Below are positions 9,709 through 20,072 of a stretch of DNA of 64,000 nucleotides, one piece after another. Source of the stretch: a virus (taxonomy: Duplodnaviria > Heunggongvirae > Uroviricota > Caudoviricetes). Below the pieces are notes generated by a model. That model saw only the letters and a list, made by a program, of their open reading frames with translations. It had not been told where the DNA came from and ran no database searches. Each line of letters starts with the position of its first letter. Position 1 is the stretch's first letter. Made by a program: the position numbers and the translations under genes. Location: the IMG/VR virus record IMGVR_UViG_2778261161_000002; one strand, 5' to 3'.

Positions 9709-9929
9709 ATTAATTTGCTGTTTCTAAATCGGAATGTATGATCTGCATCATCGACTGAAGTCATCCATTGCTGAAATTTTTAGTTGATCTTCCATGTTTT
9801 CAGGCTTATATTCATGCCGTCGTAGCAAATTCTGCGACCAGGTTTGACAGCCTGAATGTTAGTGCGGACAACCGCAGATTTCCGATATTGCGGTATTTTT
9901 GTGTCCGTAAACCGCGTTACGCCCGAATT

Positions 9930-10030
9930 ATGGTGGGGCGTGATGGGGAGGCTTCGGCCTGCTGGTCTCACTAACGCCAGTCTGTCAACCCTGTCACGTC
10001 CTGCCACCTGTTTGACAGCGGGTAGCAGGT
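9930..10030 (+). ncRNA. Candidate c4-like antisense RNA region of immI module 1
   Basis: Direct repeats GTTTGACAGC at 9842 and 10010 flank a complementary CTGTCAAC at 9982, upstream of icd-like ORF; architecture as in P1 c4. Confidence 0.3.
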
Positions 10031-10058
10031 TGTTAAACCTGTTAGTGAGGCCGTAACT

Positions 10059-10283
10059 ATGGTTAATGCCAATCCTTGCTCACGTCCAGAATTCATCTGG
10101 CGTTTCCACTCCCTGCAAAAACACTGCGATCACTTCGCAATTGCCGCAACCGAAAAAGAAGCCCGTTCTCTGATCCCTGATCAGCATGGTGTTCTTACTG
10201 GTCGTTTCTCTACTTCCCCACAACCAAACACTAATCCCTGGTATCGCAATATTACCAATCCCGGCATTGCGGAGGCACACTGA
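10059..10283 (+). CDS. icd: Icd-like cell-division inhibitor, 74 aa
   Basis: Small ORF with EFIWRFHSLQKHCDHFAIAATEKEARS immediately upstream of and overlapping ant-like gene; paralog at 50053. Confidence 0.55.
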   Translation: MVNANPCSRPEFIWRFHSLQKHCDHFAIAATEKEARSLIPDQHGVLTGRFSTSPQPNTNPWYRNITNPGIAEAH

Positions 10284-10990
10284 TGGATATCTGCATTCTT
10301 GAAAAGCCATCAATGACCAGCATTGAGATCGCGGAGCTGGTGGGAAAACGTCATGACAATGTGAAGCGTACCATTGAAACATTAGCCGAATCCGGCGTTA
10401 TTGTTCGTCCTCAAATTGAGGATGAACCAAAAATAGATGTAATGGGGCGTTCTCGATTAATTCAGGTGTTCCGATTTAGCGACGAGCAAGGCAAACGAGA
10501 CAGTATCATTGTAGTCGCACAGCTTTGTCCTGAGTTTACTGCCCGGCTGGTGGACCGCTGGCGCGAACTGGAAGAACAAGTACGCCAGCCGTTGACCGAA
10601 ATAGAGATGATCGCCGCAATGGCTGCAAATGCAGTTCAGCAGCAAAAGCGGCTTCATGCTGTTGAGTCAAAGGTTAGCCAGGTCGCTGAAACCGTCGAGC
10701 AAATCAAGAAGGGCAATATGCCAGATGGTTACATTGGCTACCGCCAGCTGGCGGCGAAATGCGGCCTGACTGAAGCCAAATGTCGCAACCTTGTCAACGC
10801 TTACCGGATTCCCACCGATACACATGAGTTTTTAACTCCAGAGGGGGTATTGTCGCGTCGTTCCATCGTGGCCTTATCTCCCTTCATGAATGCTTTTAAC
10901 CGGATGATGTCGGAGGCTGAACACCGAGGAAAACGCTGGTATCACCCCAAAATGGGGCAATTCCAGGTGATCGGTTGGGGAGGTGAGTGA
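10283..10990 (+). CDS. ant: Antirepressor-like protein (Ant-like), 235 aa
   Basis: ATGA-coupled to icd-like ORF; shares conserved blocks GKRDSIIVVAQL.PEFTARLVDRWRELE and MP.GYIGYRQLAAKCGLTEAKCRNLVNAYRIPTDTHEFLTP with ORF 50268. Confidence 0.55.
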   Translation: MDICILEKPSMTSIEIAELVGKRHDNVKRTIETLAESGVIVRPQIEDEPKIDVMGRSRLIQVFRFSDEQGKRDSIIVVAQLCPEFTARLVDRWRELEEQVRQPLTEIEMIAAMAANAVQQQKRLHAVESKVSQVAETVEQIKKGNMPDGYIGYRQLAAKCGLTEAKCRNLVNAYRIPTDTHEFLTPEGVLSRRSIVALSPFMNAFNRMMSEAEHRGKRWYHPKMGQFQVIGWGGE

Positions 10991-11187
10991 TGGACATCAT
11001 GCAGGCGGTAAAAAAAATCAGGGAAGGACAGGCTGAAGTGTGCCGCCGTAAAGCATGGAGTGTTGGTGTATGGGCCTGGCCTGATAATTACTCTACTACC
11101 GGATGGTTTTGTATTAATGGACTCCAGATCCGGGAAGTTGATTTATCGACGGCTGATATAGTCGGTAATGATTGGATCGTGACTTGA
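10987..11187 (+). CDS. Small hypothetical protein, 66 aa
   Basis: ORF track; ATGA overlap with ant-like. Confidence 0.3.
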   Translation: MMDIMQAVKKIREGQAEVCRRKAWSVGVWAWPDNYSTTGWFCINGLQIREVDLSTADIVGNDWIVT

Positions 11188-11196
11188 AGCGTGATG

Positions 11197-11220
11197 CCCC
11201 GGCCTGGCCGGGGCTTTTTT
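11197..11220. terminator. Bidirectional terminator CCCCGGCC-tg-GCCGGGG + T6
   Basis: Hairpin and T-run between convergent genes. Confidence 0.75.
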
Positions 11221-11705
11221 CATGCCTCATTAGTTGAGGTTGCTGCGTCTCCGACTGGTAACAGAGCGGTATTGTGTGGTTCGCCAGCAGGCCAGCGATA
11301 GCCAGACACTCTTGATGTTGGGAATGCGCGAATATTAACCGCATCCCCCTGGTTCCCACCCAAGACAAGCAGATCGCCATTGGCGCGGCGTCCGACAACG
11401 AAGCCTACGTGCCCACCGCCTACGCGGGTAAATACAACGATACATCCGTATGCCGGTGTATCTAATTTCTCGCCCCAATCCAGATAGGATTTTGCCGACT
11501 CAAATCTTGTTGAGCGGATGCCTACACGTTCCAGCATTGCACCGACAAATGCTGCGCACCACGGCGTTTCATCGTCTTTAATTCCGCCGCGCTTGATGTC
11601 GCGCCAGAACTGAACGATTTCAGGGTTGTGTTTAGCGCCTTTTATTTCAGTCAGGCCAATGTGCTTACGGGCTTCAATTAGCCAGCGAGGTTCAATGTTT
11701 GCCAT
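11220..11705 (-). CDS. CHAP/NlpC-P60-like peptidase (TIGR02594-type phage protein), 161 aa
   Basis: Motif PWCAAFVGAML and downstream HVGFVVG typical of Cys-His amidase. Confidence 0.55.
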   Translation of the reverse strand: MANIEPRWLIEARKHIGLTEIKGAKHNPEIVQFWRDIKRGGIKDDETPWCAAFVGAMLERVGIRSTRFESAKSYLDWGEKLDTPAYGCIVVFTRVGGGHVGFVVGRRANGDLLVLGGNQGDAVNIRAFPTSRVSGYRWPAGEPHNTALLPVGDAATSTNEA

Positions 11706-11856
11706 ATTTTTCTCCCGGTCATGGGTTAATAAGTAGGCAAACTATGGGGAGTATGTGATTTTGACGGTAGTATCGTCCCCCTGAAAATAACATTCTCCAT
11801 ACCCTCTCAACCGTACCGCATAGCGGAATTTTTTACGGTTTAGAGGGGGAAATCCT

Positions 11857-14800
11857 TTGGACAAACTACTTCATTCAATCAGTGAAGCCTCCAGCTTAGG
11901 CGAACTGATTGAAATTGTTAGTCGGTTGCATAAATTACGTGCTGTTGCGACCTTTGGCGTCAGGAAAGCCGATGGCGTCAGTATTCAGAAAACACGCCGG
12001 GCAGCAAACAATGCCGCAGTAAATCTTCTTAATTCCCTTCCGCCCGGCTTCGATGGGGCGAAATTAACTGACGAACAACGTCAGATTCTTGCTGGGTATA
12101 CCGGTGAAGGCGGCCTGACAGATGGTGAGGGCAGCCAATACGAATACTACACGCCACAGTTTATGGCTGAAGGTATATGGGATCTGTTTGCTGACTACGG
12201 TATTGATGGCGGGCACGTACTGGAACCATCAGCGGGCACAGGTATTTTCCAGGAGACAAAACGGCAGGGCATGATAATGACCAGCGCCGAACTGTCTCCG
12301 ATTTCTGGTCGAATAAACCAGCTTTTGCACCCGGAAGACGATGTGAATATCGGGGCGTTTGAGGCGCTGGCGGCGAAAGATGCAATGTATGACCACGCTG
12401 TTGGTAACGTACCGTTTGGTGAAGGGCGTTCCGGCGTTGCCGGGCTTGATCCGGCATATGCAAACGAGAAGAACGTTGGCAATTACTTTGTGCTGCGCAC
12501 GATCGACAAGGTTAAGCCTGGTGGGCTTATCGTATTGGTGGTGCCAAATGGCATGACCGATGGTACGAAATATAAAAAATTGCGCGATAAAGTCAGCCGT
12601 AAAGCGGAATTTTTGGGCGCGCATCGTATGCCTTCCGGTACGTTCAGTGAATCAGGTACAGATACCGTGGTGGACGTATGGGTATTGCGTAAACACCCGG
12701 AAGCCTTCCTGGAGATGATCCCCGATACGGATGATTCGACGCTCAAATCGGCAAACGTCCTTTGGGATACCTTCCTCAAAGGAAAATGGTTTACAACCGA
12801 AGGGAAGCGATTTGTTTACGGCGACATGGAACGTACCAGCTTCCGCAATACCCTGGTGGTGAAAAAAGACGGTCGTGTATCCAATGAGTCGATGAAAACC
12901 GCGCTATCTCGTCGCTTTGATAGTCGCATCAATTGGGATTTGCTCGGCGTAACTACTCAGGCATGGCAGGGCGCGAAAGTGGGCGATAAACGCCTTGTAG
13001 GCGGTATCTGGCATGAGTTTGATGGTCTGAAATGGGTTAAGGACACGACAACCAAATCCTCCGCGCTTGATGTAAGTCGATATGGTGTTTCGACGTTTGG
13101 CGATCTGCAGATCGCGTTCCAGTCAACAAACGGGATTCTGGCTTTGTCATGGGACCAGATATCGGCGATCGCGTCCGACTATCCATCGGTTGTCAGTGAT
13201 GAAGTGGCAGCAATGATTCGCTTTGCTGGCAAGCAGCGAGAAAAAGACAGGGAGCGCGTTATGCGCGGTGCACTGATAGGTCAGTTGATCAACAAGGCAC
13301 TTGATTTGCGTAACCTGGGGGTGAACGTTGATGACAAACTGGCAGATGCATCCCGCCTGGCGGCAGCAGAAGTTGCGAAGTATGGACCACCGCACGCGAT
13401 TAAGCTGAATGGGCTTGCTGAAGCTGGCGCTAAAAACTGGATGACGTTCACTGGCAATGTGAAACAGGATGGTTCCACTTCTGACCTTCTGGCAGGGCGA
13501 CTTGATGTAACGGATGGTGCTGCCGGTATTGACTTTACGCGTCCTGAACAAGTGATAGCACATCTTTTTAGTGATGTAGCCCTTAATCCTATAACGCTGG
13601 GCGACTTTCGTGAGGCGTTTGCTGGTGAACTGCCAGAGGACGACGACGCGGCCCTTGAATACCTGGCGAAATTTGATGATATCGCTATTGATGGGTATGG
13701 CTGTCTGCTGCCGATGGACCGCGCCACCAGCGGCGATGTTGCAACCAAAACAGCACTGCTGGTGGGTTGGCGTGATGCGTCAACAGGTGAGCAGAAAGCG
13801 AACTTTGAGCGTCAGTTGGCGAAAATCGAAGAGAAACGCATTTTCACGCCACTAAATAAAGTCACCGTTAATCTGAACGCCCGCTGGCTGGATCGCCGCT
13901 TGATAAAAGAGTTCCTGGCAGAGCAGGGCTATGACGAGTTTAAGTACACTGAACCTGATCTGAAGGTCGTCGATGGCATTCTGGTATCTCCGGACGATTA
14001 CGAAGGTAAGGACGGGGTATTTACCGGCTATCAGCTACGAACCGTAAACGGCAAAAACGGGAATGAGTTCAAGAAGGCCAACAATAAAGACGGCTTCCTG
14101 AACCAGTTAGAAAACTACCTGAACGGTGTTAAACCGCGTGGGCAGAACGCTAACGAGTACCTGGATAAAATTGCTCAACTGGAAGTTAGCTTTAACGACT
14201 GGTTACGCACTCACCCGCAGGCTGATCAGATAGCCCGCGAGTATAACGACGCATTCAATGGTTTCATTCCGTTCACGCATTCTGACGCACCGCTTGGCCT
14301 GGAAGGGATTAGTGGAAAGCGCATTCCTCTGACTTATCAGAATGAAGAAGTTCGGCGCTTGTCAGAAGATGGGCGCGGCATCATGGGATTTGGTACCGGG
14401 CTGGGTAAAACCACGACCGCGCTTGCGCTTGAGGCGTATAACTTCGAAACAGGTCGCACTAAACGCACGTGTATTGTTGTTCCGAAGGCGGTTTATCAGA
14501 ACTGGTATCACGAGGCACAGAGTTTCTACAGTGCTGATGCCTTCGCCAATATGATGTTTATCGGTTTGGATGAAGTTCGTGATGACAGCGGAAATATTCT
14601 GACCGCGCCGGTGCTTGATGAAAATGGCGAACCACGCCTCGACAGTAACGGGCAGCCTCTTACCAGAAATGTTGTGAAAGAGTCCGCCAGCGCCGTTATC
14701 GTTCAGCGCATGAACATGATCCCGTCGTCAAATTGGCGAACGGTCATCATGACAAAAGAACAATTCGCGTCTATCCCGCTACGAGAAAAAACCATCGAGG

Positions 14801-17800
14801 AGAACTCACAGCAAGCTGTCTTTAATGCTGTGGAAATGGGGCGTCTTGACCTGGCGTCTGGCAAACACCGTGATGCACAGAAGAAGAACAAGATTAAGGA
14901 TCAGGCCGCGAATACCGGTACAACGAAGAAGCAGAATATCCCGTACTTTGAGGATATGAACTTCGATAGCGTGATTGCCGACGAGGGGCATAACTACCGC
15001 AACTCCTTTAATGCCGGGCGTGAAGCGGGACAACTGGCATATTTGCCTAACCCGGCAGTATCCAAGATGGCCCGCGACATGGCTGTAAAAGCTGCGTACA
15101 TGATGAAACGCAACAACGGACGTGGTGTAGTCATGCTGACGGCAACTCCGCTGGTGAACAGTCCGATTGATGCCTTCAACATGCTGTCTACTGTCATTCC
15201 GCAGGAAGAGTGGATGCGCATGGGCATCATTACGCCTGATGATTTCGTTCGTGTGTTTGGCAAAACAGCCACAGTTCAGGTCCAGAAAATTTCCGGGGAA
15301 GTGGAAGAGAAGCAGGGGCTGGTGGGCTTCCAGAACCTTGATGGCCTGCGTGGTATTTTCCATCGTTGGACCACTCTGAAGACTGCCGCAGATGTCGGAG
15401 CGACGGTTAAAATTCCCGACATCATCGAGAACACCTTGCAGATCCCGATGACAGGGGAGCAGGAGTCTGCTTATGAAGAACTTCGTAAGCGTGCTCAGGA
15501 GTTAAGTCGCAATGATGAGCTGACAGTCGATGAAAACGGGCATATCACTAACGACAAACCGGATGATTTCATCTTCTCCATCATCCGTGACATGGACAAG
15601 GTTGCTATAGACCCGGATCTGTATGCCAGTGCGATTACATTCCAGTTCCCCGTTGAGCTTGCAGACCAGGTAAAAGCTATTGCTGATGCCTTGCCAAAAG
15701 TAGCTGGTGGTAAAGTGGCAGATGATGTTGATGAGGCCGAGGAAGACGGCGCTGGCGGGCTGGTCAGTACGCGTACCAGCAAGGTAGTGAAGACCGCTTT
15801 TAGTGAACATCCGACGCATGTTGAAATACGTGCCAGCATTGAACTGGAAGCTGAAATACTGAAGGCCATTGCGGCTGCCGGTATTGATATGCAGCAGGTA
15901 TCGCACCCCATCCCGCCGAAGTATGCCGCGCTGATCGAAAATCTTCGTGAAGGTCTGAAGAACGGTAAGCAGATCGTCTTTATTGATGAAAAAGCCCAGC
16001 ACCAGAAGCTGCGCCGTATTATCGCCAGTGCACTGCAAATGCCGGAGCAGGAGATTGGCATTATCAATGCGACGACAGTTAGCCAGGCTGGCGGCATCAA
16101 GCTGAAGAAGGTGAATAAGCCGACCGAACCTACTCCAAACAAAAACGGTGAATACAAAGAAGGGGCATGGGAAACCTACTACAGCAAACTTGCCCAATAT
16201 GAGGATTATCTCTCAGCTAAAAATGATGCTGGCCTTGAGGGCATGGAAGGTATTGCCGCCGACTATAACGAAGGTCGCACGCGCATCATAATCTGTAACA
16301 AGAAGGCTGAAGTAGGTATTAACCTGCACATCGGGACAACCGATATCCACCACCTGACACTACCCTGGACACCAGCCAGTATCGACCAACGAAATGGGCG
16401 CGGTGCGCGCATAGGTTCACCGCAAGAGAAGGTCAATGTTCACTACTATTGTGGCAAAGGCACATTCGACGACTTCCGTCTGGATACGCTGAAACGTAAG
16501 AAAGACTGGATCAAGATGGTGATGACCTCCGACATGTCAGAGATCGCCAATGGTGATGTGGATGATGCTGATGAACGCGCCATTATGCTGGCGGCAAACC
16601 CGGAAGAACGCCGCGCAATCATGGCTCGCCAGGCGCAAGAGCGTGAAGAACGTCTGAAACTGAAAGCACAGCGCGAGGCCAACAATGCTCTCGATATCTA
16701 CCTGAAAGCGGCAAACGCCGCCGGAAAAGATATCGGCATGATGGAGACAGAACTGAAAAGCGCGATGGAACAGATAGAGTATTACCAGCGCAATCTTGAC
16801 GACCTGATAAAAGCGGGTACGAACAGGAATGGGCAAAAATACGCGCTTGAGCAGTTGAGTAGCTACAGAAAACGTGCGCGGGTGCTGCGGTTTGCGATCA
16901 CCAGGGCAAAAGACGCGGATACCATAATGAAACGCTCTCGTGGTGATGTGGAGCGCGCTATTAAGTCTGGTGTGCTGGATATCAGTATCGATGTTATTCA
17001 GAACCCACAGGAATATATGCGCACTGACAAGAATATCCTGTTGCATAAAGGTAGTTATTACCGTGCAGTCATTGATGATCGCGAAACAACAGCGATTGTC
17101 CGGGTGGAAAAAATTGACGGTGAAAAAGCACAATACATCTGTCGTATCGCCTGGCTGGATAGAGCAAGTCGTTACGCTCGATCACCGGGGTCAATCGTTA
17201 CATTGCCGTTTGACTCTGTGATTGAAGCGGTAACTTTTGAAGAGGGGGTTGCTGAATCGCGCGCAACGGCTGCGCGTGGTGTTCAGTGCCACCAGCTATC
17301 AACAATACTTACTCGCGATCAGTTCTATGATGCTATTCGCAATGGGGTAATGAATGTTATTGCTGGTAAACCTGGTAATGCATGGGGCGGTGGATCAGCT
17401 ATTAAATACTGGGCATATCGCACAGAAGATGGTCAGATCGCGCTGTCATCGGCCTATGATGGCGTGATAGGCCAAAAAATCGGGCGAGCATCGGATATAG
17501 CACCTGAACGATGGATATATCCTGATGGCAACGACGAGGCGCTGAAGCGTGAAGTGGCAAAAATACAAGCCAGTGATAACCCGCTGAATATCGTGGACGG
17601 AGAGGGATTCCTCCAGGCATTGTATGGGTATGATTACATCCAGGGAATGCAGGCATGGGGCGCACAGGCAACGATGGATGATGTTGCCAAGGAGTTCGAA
17701 AACTGGATGGCTGGGCGTGGTCTGTCAGGTCGTTCGCTTAATAAAGTCACTTCTGAAGATATTCTTAGCTTGTTCCGTAAACCGTCCGGAGAAGGTCTGG

Positions 17801-18693
17801 AATCATTCTGGAGGACCGTGCTGGCATACCGTTTATTCCAGGGCAGGATGAAAGCCTTTAGCAATATCGATGATATTGAACGGATGTTTAATCAGGTCAA
17901 GATCGCGAAAATTAAGGCGAAGATCGAAAAAACACGTTCTGCGCTGGTGGCCTGGCGCGATGCATTGTTTGAGCAATATAAATCACTCAGTGATGCAGAT
18001 GGATGGGCGGCGCTGGAACAGTTGGCGAATAATGGGGTAGATGGGGCGAAACTCGCCATTGTCCAGGCTGATAACCCCCTGGAATCACCGGCAGCACAGT
18101 GGATTAAGGTGGGGGCTGTCATCAATGCATTTGATGAAAAACACATTAGTAAGGACGATTTTGCTGATGCTGTTTCTGTTAATCGCCTGGTAGAAATGGC
18201 TACCCGCCGCGCCCGTGAGTTGAAAGATGGCGACTATGTGAATGAGTTGCCGGATACGCTCAAATCGGCAACGTGGCAGGACTATGTATCGCTGAAAAAC
18301 GGCGGGGCCACTGAATCAGAGATCGCGGAAAGGCTTGAGCAGGCTGAAAGCAAAAGAGAAGAGCAGGCGGCAGTGGCTGAAGCCAGAGCTGATGAAGCGG
18401 CAAATGATGACTATATCATTGTGGTTAATGATAAGCCTATTCGCGCTAAGGCGCGTGTTCGCGGGCGCTGGTGGAGCGTCAGCGAGGACGTTGGCGCGGT
18501 TTATCTCATTGCCGACCAACCAGGTTCCTCGACAATACGGAACGCCAAAGACGCGATTAAGAAGATTGGCGGGCGTTTCTGGAATTTTGAAGTGAATCCG
18601 GTCGCGGATGTGGACTTTGACCGTCCGGCGTGGATGGTATCTACGCGTTACTCGGTAGATGAACTGCGTAAAATAATCGCCGATGCGGCTTAA
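11857..18693 (+). CDS. darB: Giant 2278-aa DarB-like protein: N-terminal N6-adenine MTase domain + SNF2/DExH helicase domain
   Basis: LEPSAGTGIF (motif I) and GNVPFGEG (motif IV-like); GFGTGLGKTTT Walker A; VIADEGHNYRN box II; DQRNGRGARIG motif VI; size matches P1 DarB. Confidence 0.7.
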   Translation: MDKLLHSISEASSLGELIEIVSRLHKLRAVATFGVRKADGVSIQKTRRAANNAAVNLLNSLPPGFDGAKLTDEQRQILAGYTGEGGLTDGEGSQYEYYTPQFMAEGIWDLFADYGIDGGHVLEPSAGTGIFQETKRQGMIMTSAELSPISGRINQLLHPEDDVNIGAFEALAAKDAMYDHAVGNVPFGEGRSGVAGLDPAYANEKNVGNYFVLRTIDKVKPGGLIVLVVPNGMTDGTKYKKLRDKVSRKAEFLGAHRMPSGTFSESGTDTVVDVWVLRKHPEAFLEMIPDTDDSTLKSANVLWDTFLKGKWFTTEGKRFVYGDMERTSFRNTLVVKKDGRVSNESMKTALSRRFDSRINWDLLGVTTQAWQGAKVGDKRLVGGIWHEFDGLKWVKDTTTKSSALDVSRYGVSTFGDLQIAFQSTNGILALSWDQISAIASDYPSVVSDEVAAMIRFAGKQREKDRERVMRGALIGQLINKALDLRNLGVNVDDKLADASRLAAAEVAKYGPPHAIKLNGLAEAGAKNWMTFTGNVKQDGSTSDLLAGRLDVTDGAAGIDFTRPEQVIAHLFSDVALNPITLGDFREAFAGELPEDDDAALEYLAKFDDIAIDGYGCLLPMDRATSGDVATKTALLVGWRDASTGEQKANFERQLAKIEEKRIFTPLNKVTVNLNARWLDRRLIKEFLAEQGYDEFKYTEPDLKVVDGILVSPDDYEGKDGVFTGYQLRTVNGKNGNEFKKANNKDGFLNQLENYLNGVKPRGQNANEYLDKIAQLEVSFNDWLRTHPQADQIAREYNDAFNGFIPFTHSDAPLGLEGISGKRIPLTYQNEEVRRLSEDGRGIMGFGTGLGKTTTALALEAYNFETGRTKRTCIVVPKAVYQNWYHEAQSFYSADAFANMMFIGLDEVRDDSGNILTAPVLDENGEPRLDSNGQPLTRNVVKESASAVIVQRMNMIPSSNWRTVIMTKEQFASIPLREKTIEENSQQAVFNAVEMGRLDLASGKHRDAQKKNKIKDQAANTGTTKKQNIPYFEDMNFDSVIADEGHNYRNSFNAGREAGQLAYLPNPAVSKMARDMAVKAAYMMKRNNGRGVVMLTATPLVNSPIDAFNMLSTVIPQEEWMRMGIITPDDFVRVFGKTATVQVQKISGEVEEKQGLVGFQNLDGLRGIFHRWTTLKTAADVGATVKIPDIIENTLQIPMTGEQESAYEELRKRAQELSRNDELTVDENGHITNDKPDDFIFSIIRDMDKVAIDPDLYASAITFQFPVELADQVKAIADALPKVAGGKVADDVDEAEEDGAGGLVSTRTSKVVKTAFSEHPTHVEIRASIELEAEILKAIAAAGIDMQQVSHPIPPKYAALIENLREGLKNGKQIVFIDEKAQHQKLRRIIASALQMPEQEIGIINATTVSQAGGIKLKKVNKPTEPTPNKNGEYKEGAWETYYSKLAQYEDYLSAKNDAGLEGMEGIAADYNEGRTRIIICNKKAEVGINLHIGTTDIHHLTLPWTPASIDQRNGRGARIGSPQEKVNVHYYCGKGTFDDFRLDTLKRKKDWIKMVMTSDMSEIANGDVDDADERAIMLAANPEERRAIMARQAQEREERLKLKAQREANNALDIYLKAANAAGKDIGMMETELKSAMEQIEYYQRNLDDLIKAGTNRNGQKYALEQLSSYRKRARVLRFAITRAKDADTIMKRSRGDVERAIKSGVLDISIDVIQNPQEYMRTDKNILLHKGSYYRAVIDDRETTAIVRVEKIDGEKAQYICRIAWLDRASRYARSPGSIVTLPFDSVIEAVTFEEGVAESRATAARGVQCHQLSTILTRDQFYDAIRNGVMNVIAGKPGNAWGGGSAIKYWAYRTEDGQIALSSAYDGVIGQKIGRASDIAPERWIYPDGNDEALKREVAKIQASDNPLNIVDGEGFLQALYGYDYIQGMQAWGAQATMDDVAKEFENWMAGRGLSGRSLNKVTSEDILSLFRKPSGEGLESFWRTVLAYRLFQGRMKAFSNIDDIERMFNQVKIAKIKAKIEKTRSALVAWRDALFEQYKSLSDADGWAALEQLANNGVDGAKLAIVQADNPLESPAAQWIKVGAVINAFDEKHISKDDFADAVSVNRLVEMATRRARELKDGDYVNELPDTLKSATWQDYVSLKNGGATESEIAERLEQAESKREEQAAVAEARADEAANDDYIIVVNDKPIRAKARVRGRWWSVSEDVGAVYLIADQPGSSTIRNAKDAIKKIGGRFWNFEVNPVADVDFDRPAWMVSTRYSVDELRKIIADAA

Positions 18694-18729
18694 CAGATAA
18701 GGAGCGGCCCCAACCGGGGCCGAATTTGA

Positions 18730-19164
18730 ATGACGACACTAATTGACACTGTAAAACCGACGGAATCCTACCTTGAGGACATTTTGCCGCAGGCGCTCAA
18801 TGGCAGGAGTGAAGAGGCGTTTCTGGATGCATATCTGAATGGCATGGTGGAAAGGCTGAAACGAGATCCACAGCTTTATCACCTTTATGGGCCGTGGTGG
18901 CCTGCGCTTAAAACGTTATTGCTGGAGCGCGGCGACATATCATTTGGACAAGTTGTAGATAGTGATGTGGCAGAGATCTACAAAATGAGTCGCCCGGCGC
19001 TTACGGTTTTGGCTGGGCATCTGTATTCGAGCGATCGCCTGGAAAATGACGCGGTATACAATCCTGTTCATGCTCTGGAAGTCGCACCTTATGCCGATGA
19101 TACAGAGCCATACGTGTACACAAGTTACGACGAGTCTATAGAGAAATATCGAATCATGGGGTAG
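18730..19164 (+). CDS. Hypothetical protein, 144 aa
   Basis: ORF track. Confidence 0.45.
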   Translation: MTTLIDTVKPTESYLEDILPQALNGRSEEAFLDAYLNGMVERLKRDPQLYHLYGPWWPALKTLLLERGDISFGQVVDSDVAEIYKMSRPALTVLAGHLYSSDRLENDAVYNPVHALEVAPYADDTEPYVYTSYDESIEKYRIMG

Positions 19165-19166
19165 CC

Positions 19167-19427
19167 ATGCGAAAGAATCGTAGGTTTACGGTCGAAGACC
19201 TAAAGGAATATTCCATATCGAAGGGGTATGTCCTTGAGTTCCACCGATACAAGAAGGTTTTTACGCTGCGAAAAGCAGAAAACCCCGCGAACTGGAGCTG
19301 GGTATACTTTCCTCACACCGATGATAAGTTGGTAGAACTTGTTGATGATTTAACCTATGAAGGTTGGTTGATCGCAATCGACAAGACAATCAAAGAATTA
19401 TCCGAACAGGATAAAATAACCCTTTAA
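19167..19427 (+). CDS. Hypothetical protein, 86 aa
   Basis: ORF track. Confidence 0.4.
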   Translation: MRKNRRFTVEDLKEYSISKGYVLEFHRYKKVFTLRKAENPANWSWVYFPHTDDKLVELVDDLTYEGWLIAIDKTIKELSEQDKITL

Positions 19428-19563
19428 AAATAACAGGTTGGGTAAATGCCATGCGATTTACCCTCCTTGTTGATTAAGGTCACTCTTTACTCTAAAAGCA
19501 AATCCGACCTGTTGCATATAGACCATCCTTGAGTAGTATCTCTCTTGTTTTATAAATCTAACG

Positions 19564-20058
19564 TTGTTGTTATTATTTCGCATATTTACTATCAATAGGT
19601 GTGTTAGAAAAATAGCGCGAAAGAGAAGGCGTCGCAGTGAATATTCTGAAACATCCCCACATGCCGCAGCTCTTAGAGAACTGGAGAAAAACCCAGATCT
19701 AATCAAAAGGAACCATGAGCATTACGAGCAGGTTCGCGTCCTGGACTGGTTGTATCGCAATATGCGTTATGTGTATGAGCATACTCACGCCACTCCAAAC
19801 GGTGGCCTGCGAGGCATAAGGACGGCAATAAAAATGGTGGCAGAGGGCCAAAAGAAGGGATATCCCGATCTTTCTATAGACCTTGCTTGTGGGGGATACC
19901 ACGGAATGCGCATTGAGATGAAACATGGGAGAAATCGCCTGACTCCCGAACAACTCGTCTGGATGACCCGCCTCACTGAAGCCGGTTACTACTGCTTTGA
20001 GGCGCGCAGTGCCGCTGAAGCCATAAAAGCTATCACGGAGTATGTTTGTCTTGATTAA
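19564..20058 (+). CDS. VRR-NUC domain nuclease-like protein (5' end uncertain)
   Basis: HATPNGG ... KGYPDLSIDL ... RIEMKHGRNRLTPEQ pattern of VRR-NUC. Confidence 0.55.
   Translation: MLLLFRIFTINRCVRKIARKRRRRSEYSETSPHAAALRELEKNPDLIKRNHEHYEQVRVLDWLYRNMRYVYEHTHATPNGGLRGIRTAIKMVAEGQKKGYPDLSIDLACGGYHGMRIEMKHGRNRLTPEQLVWMTRLTEAGYYCFEARSAAEAIKAITEYVCLD
19602..19610 (-). promoter_or_regulatory. Operator-like motif (copy 3)
   Basis: ggtgTGTTAGAAAAatag; lies inside 5' part of annotated ORF 19564, suggesting the true start is downstream. Confidence 0.5.
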
Positions 20059-20072
20059 ACGGAGAAATCGTT

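Noticed and set aside
12161-17864. Numerous antisense and out-of-frame ORFs inside the DarB-like gene
   Set aside because: They are fully contained in a long ORF with clear conserved motifs; typical shadow ORFs.
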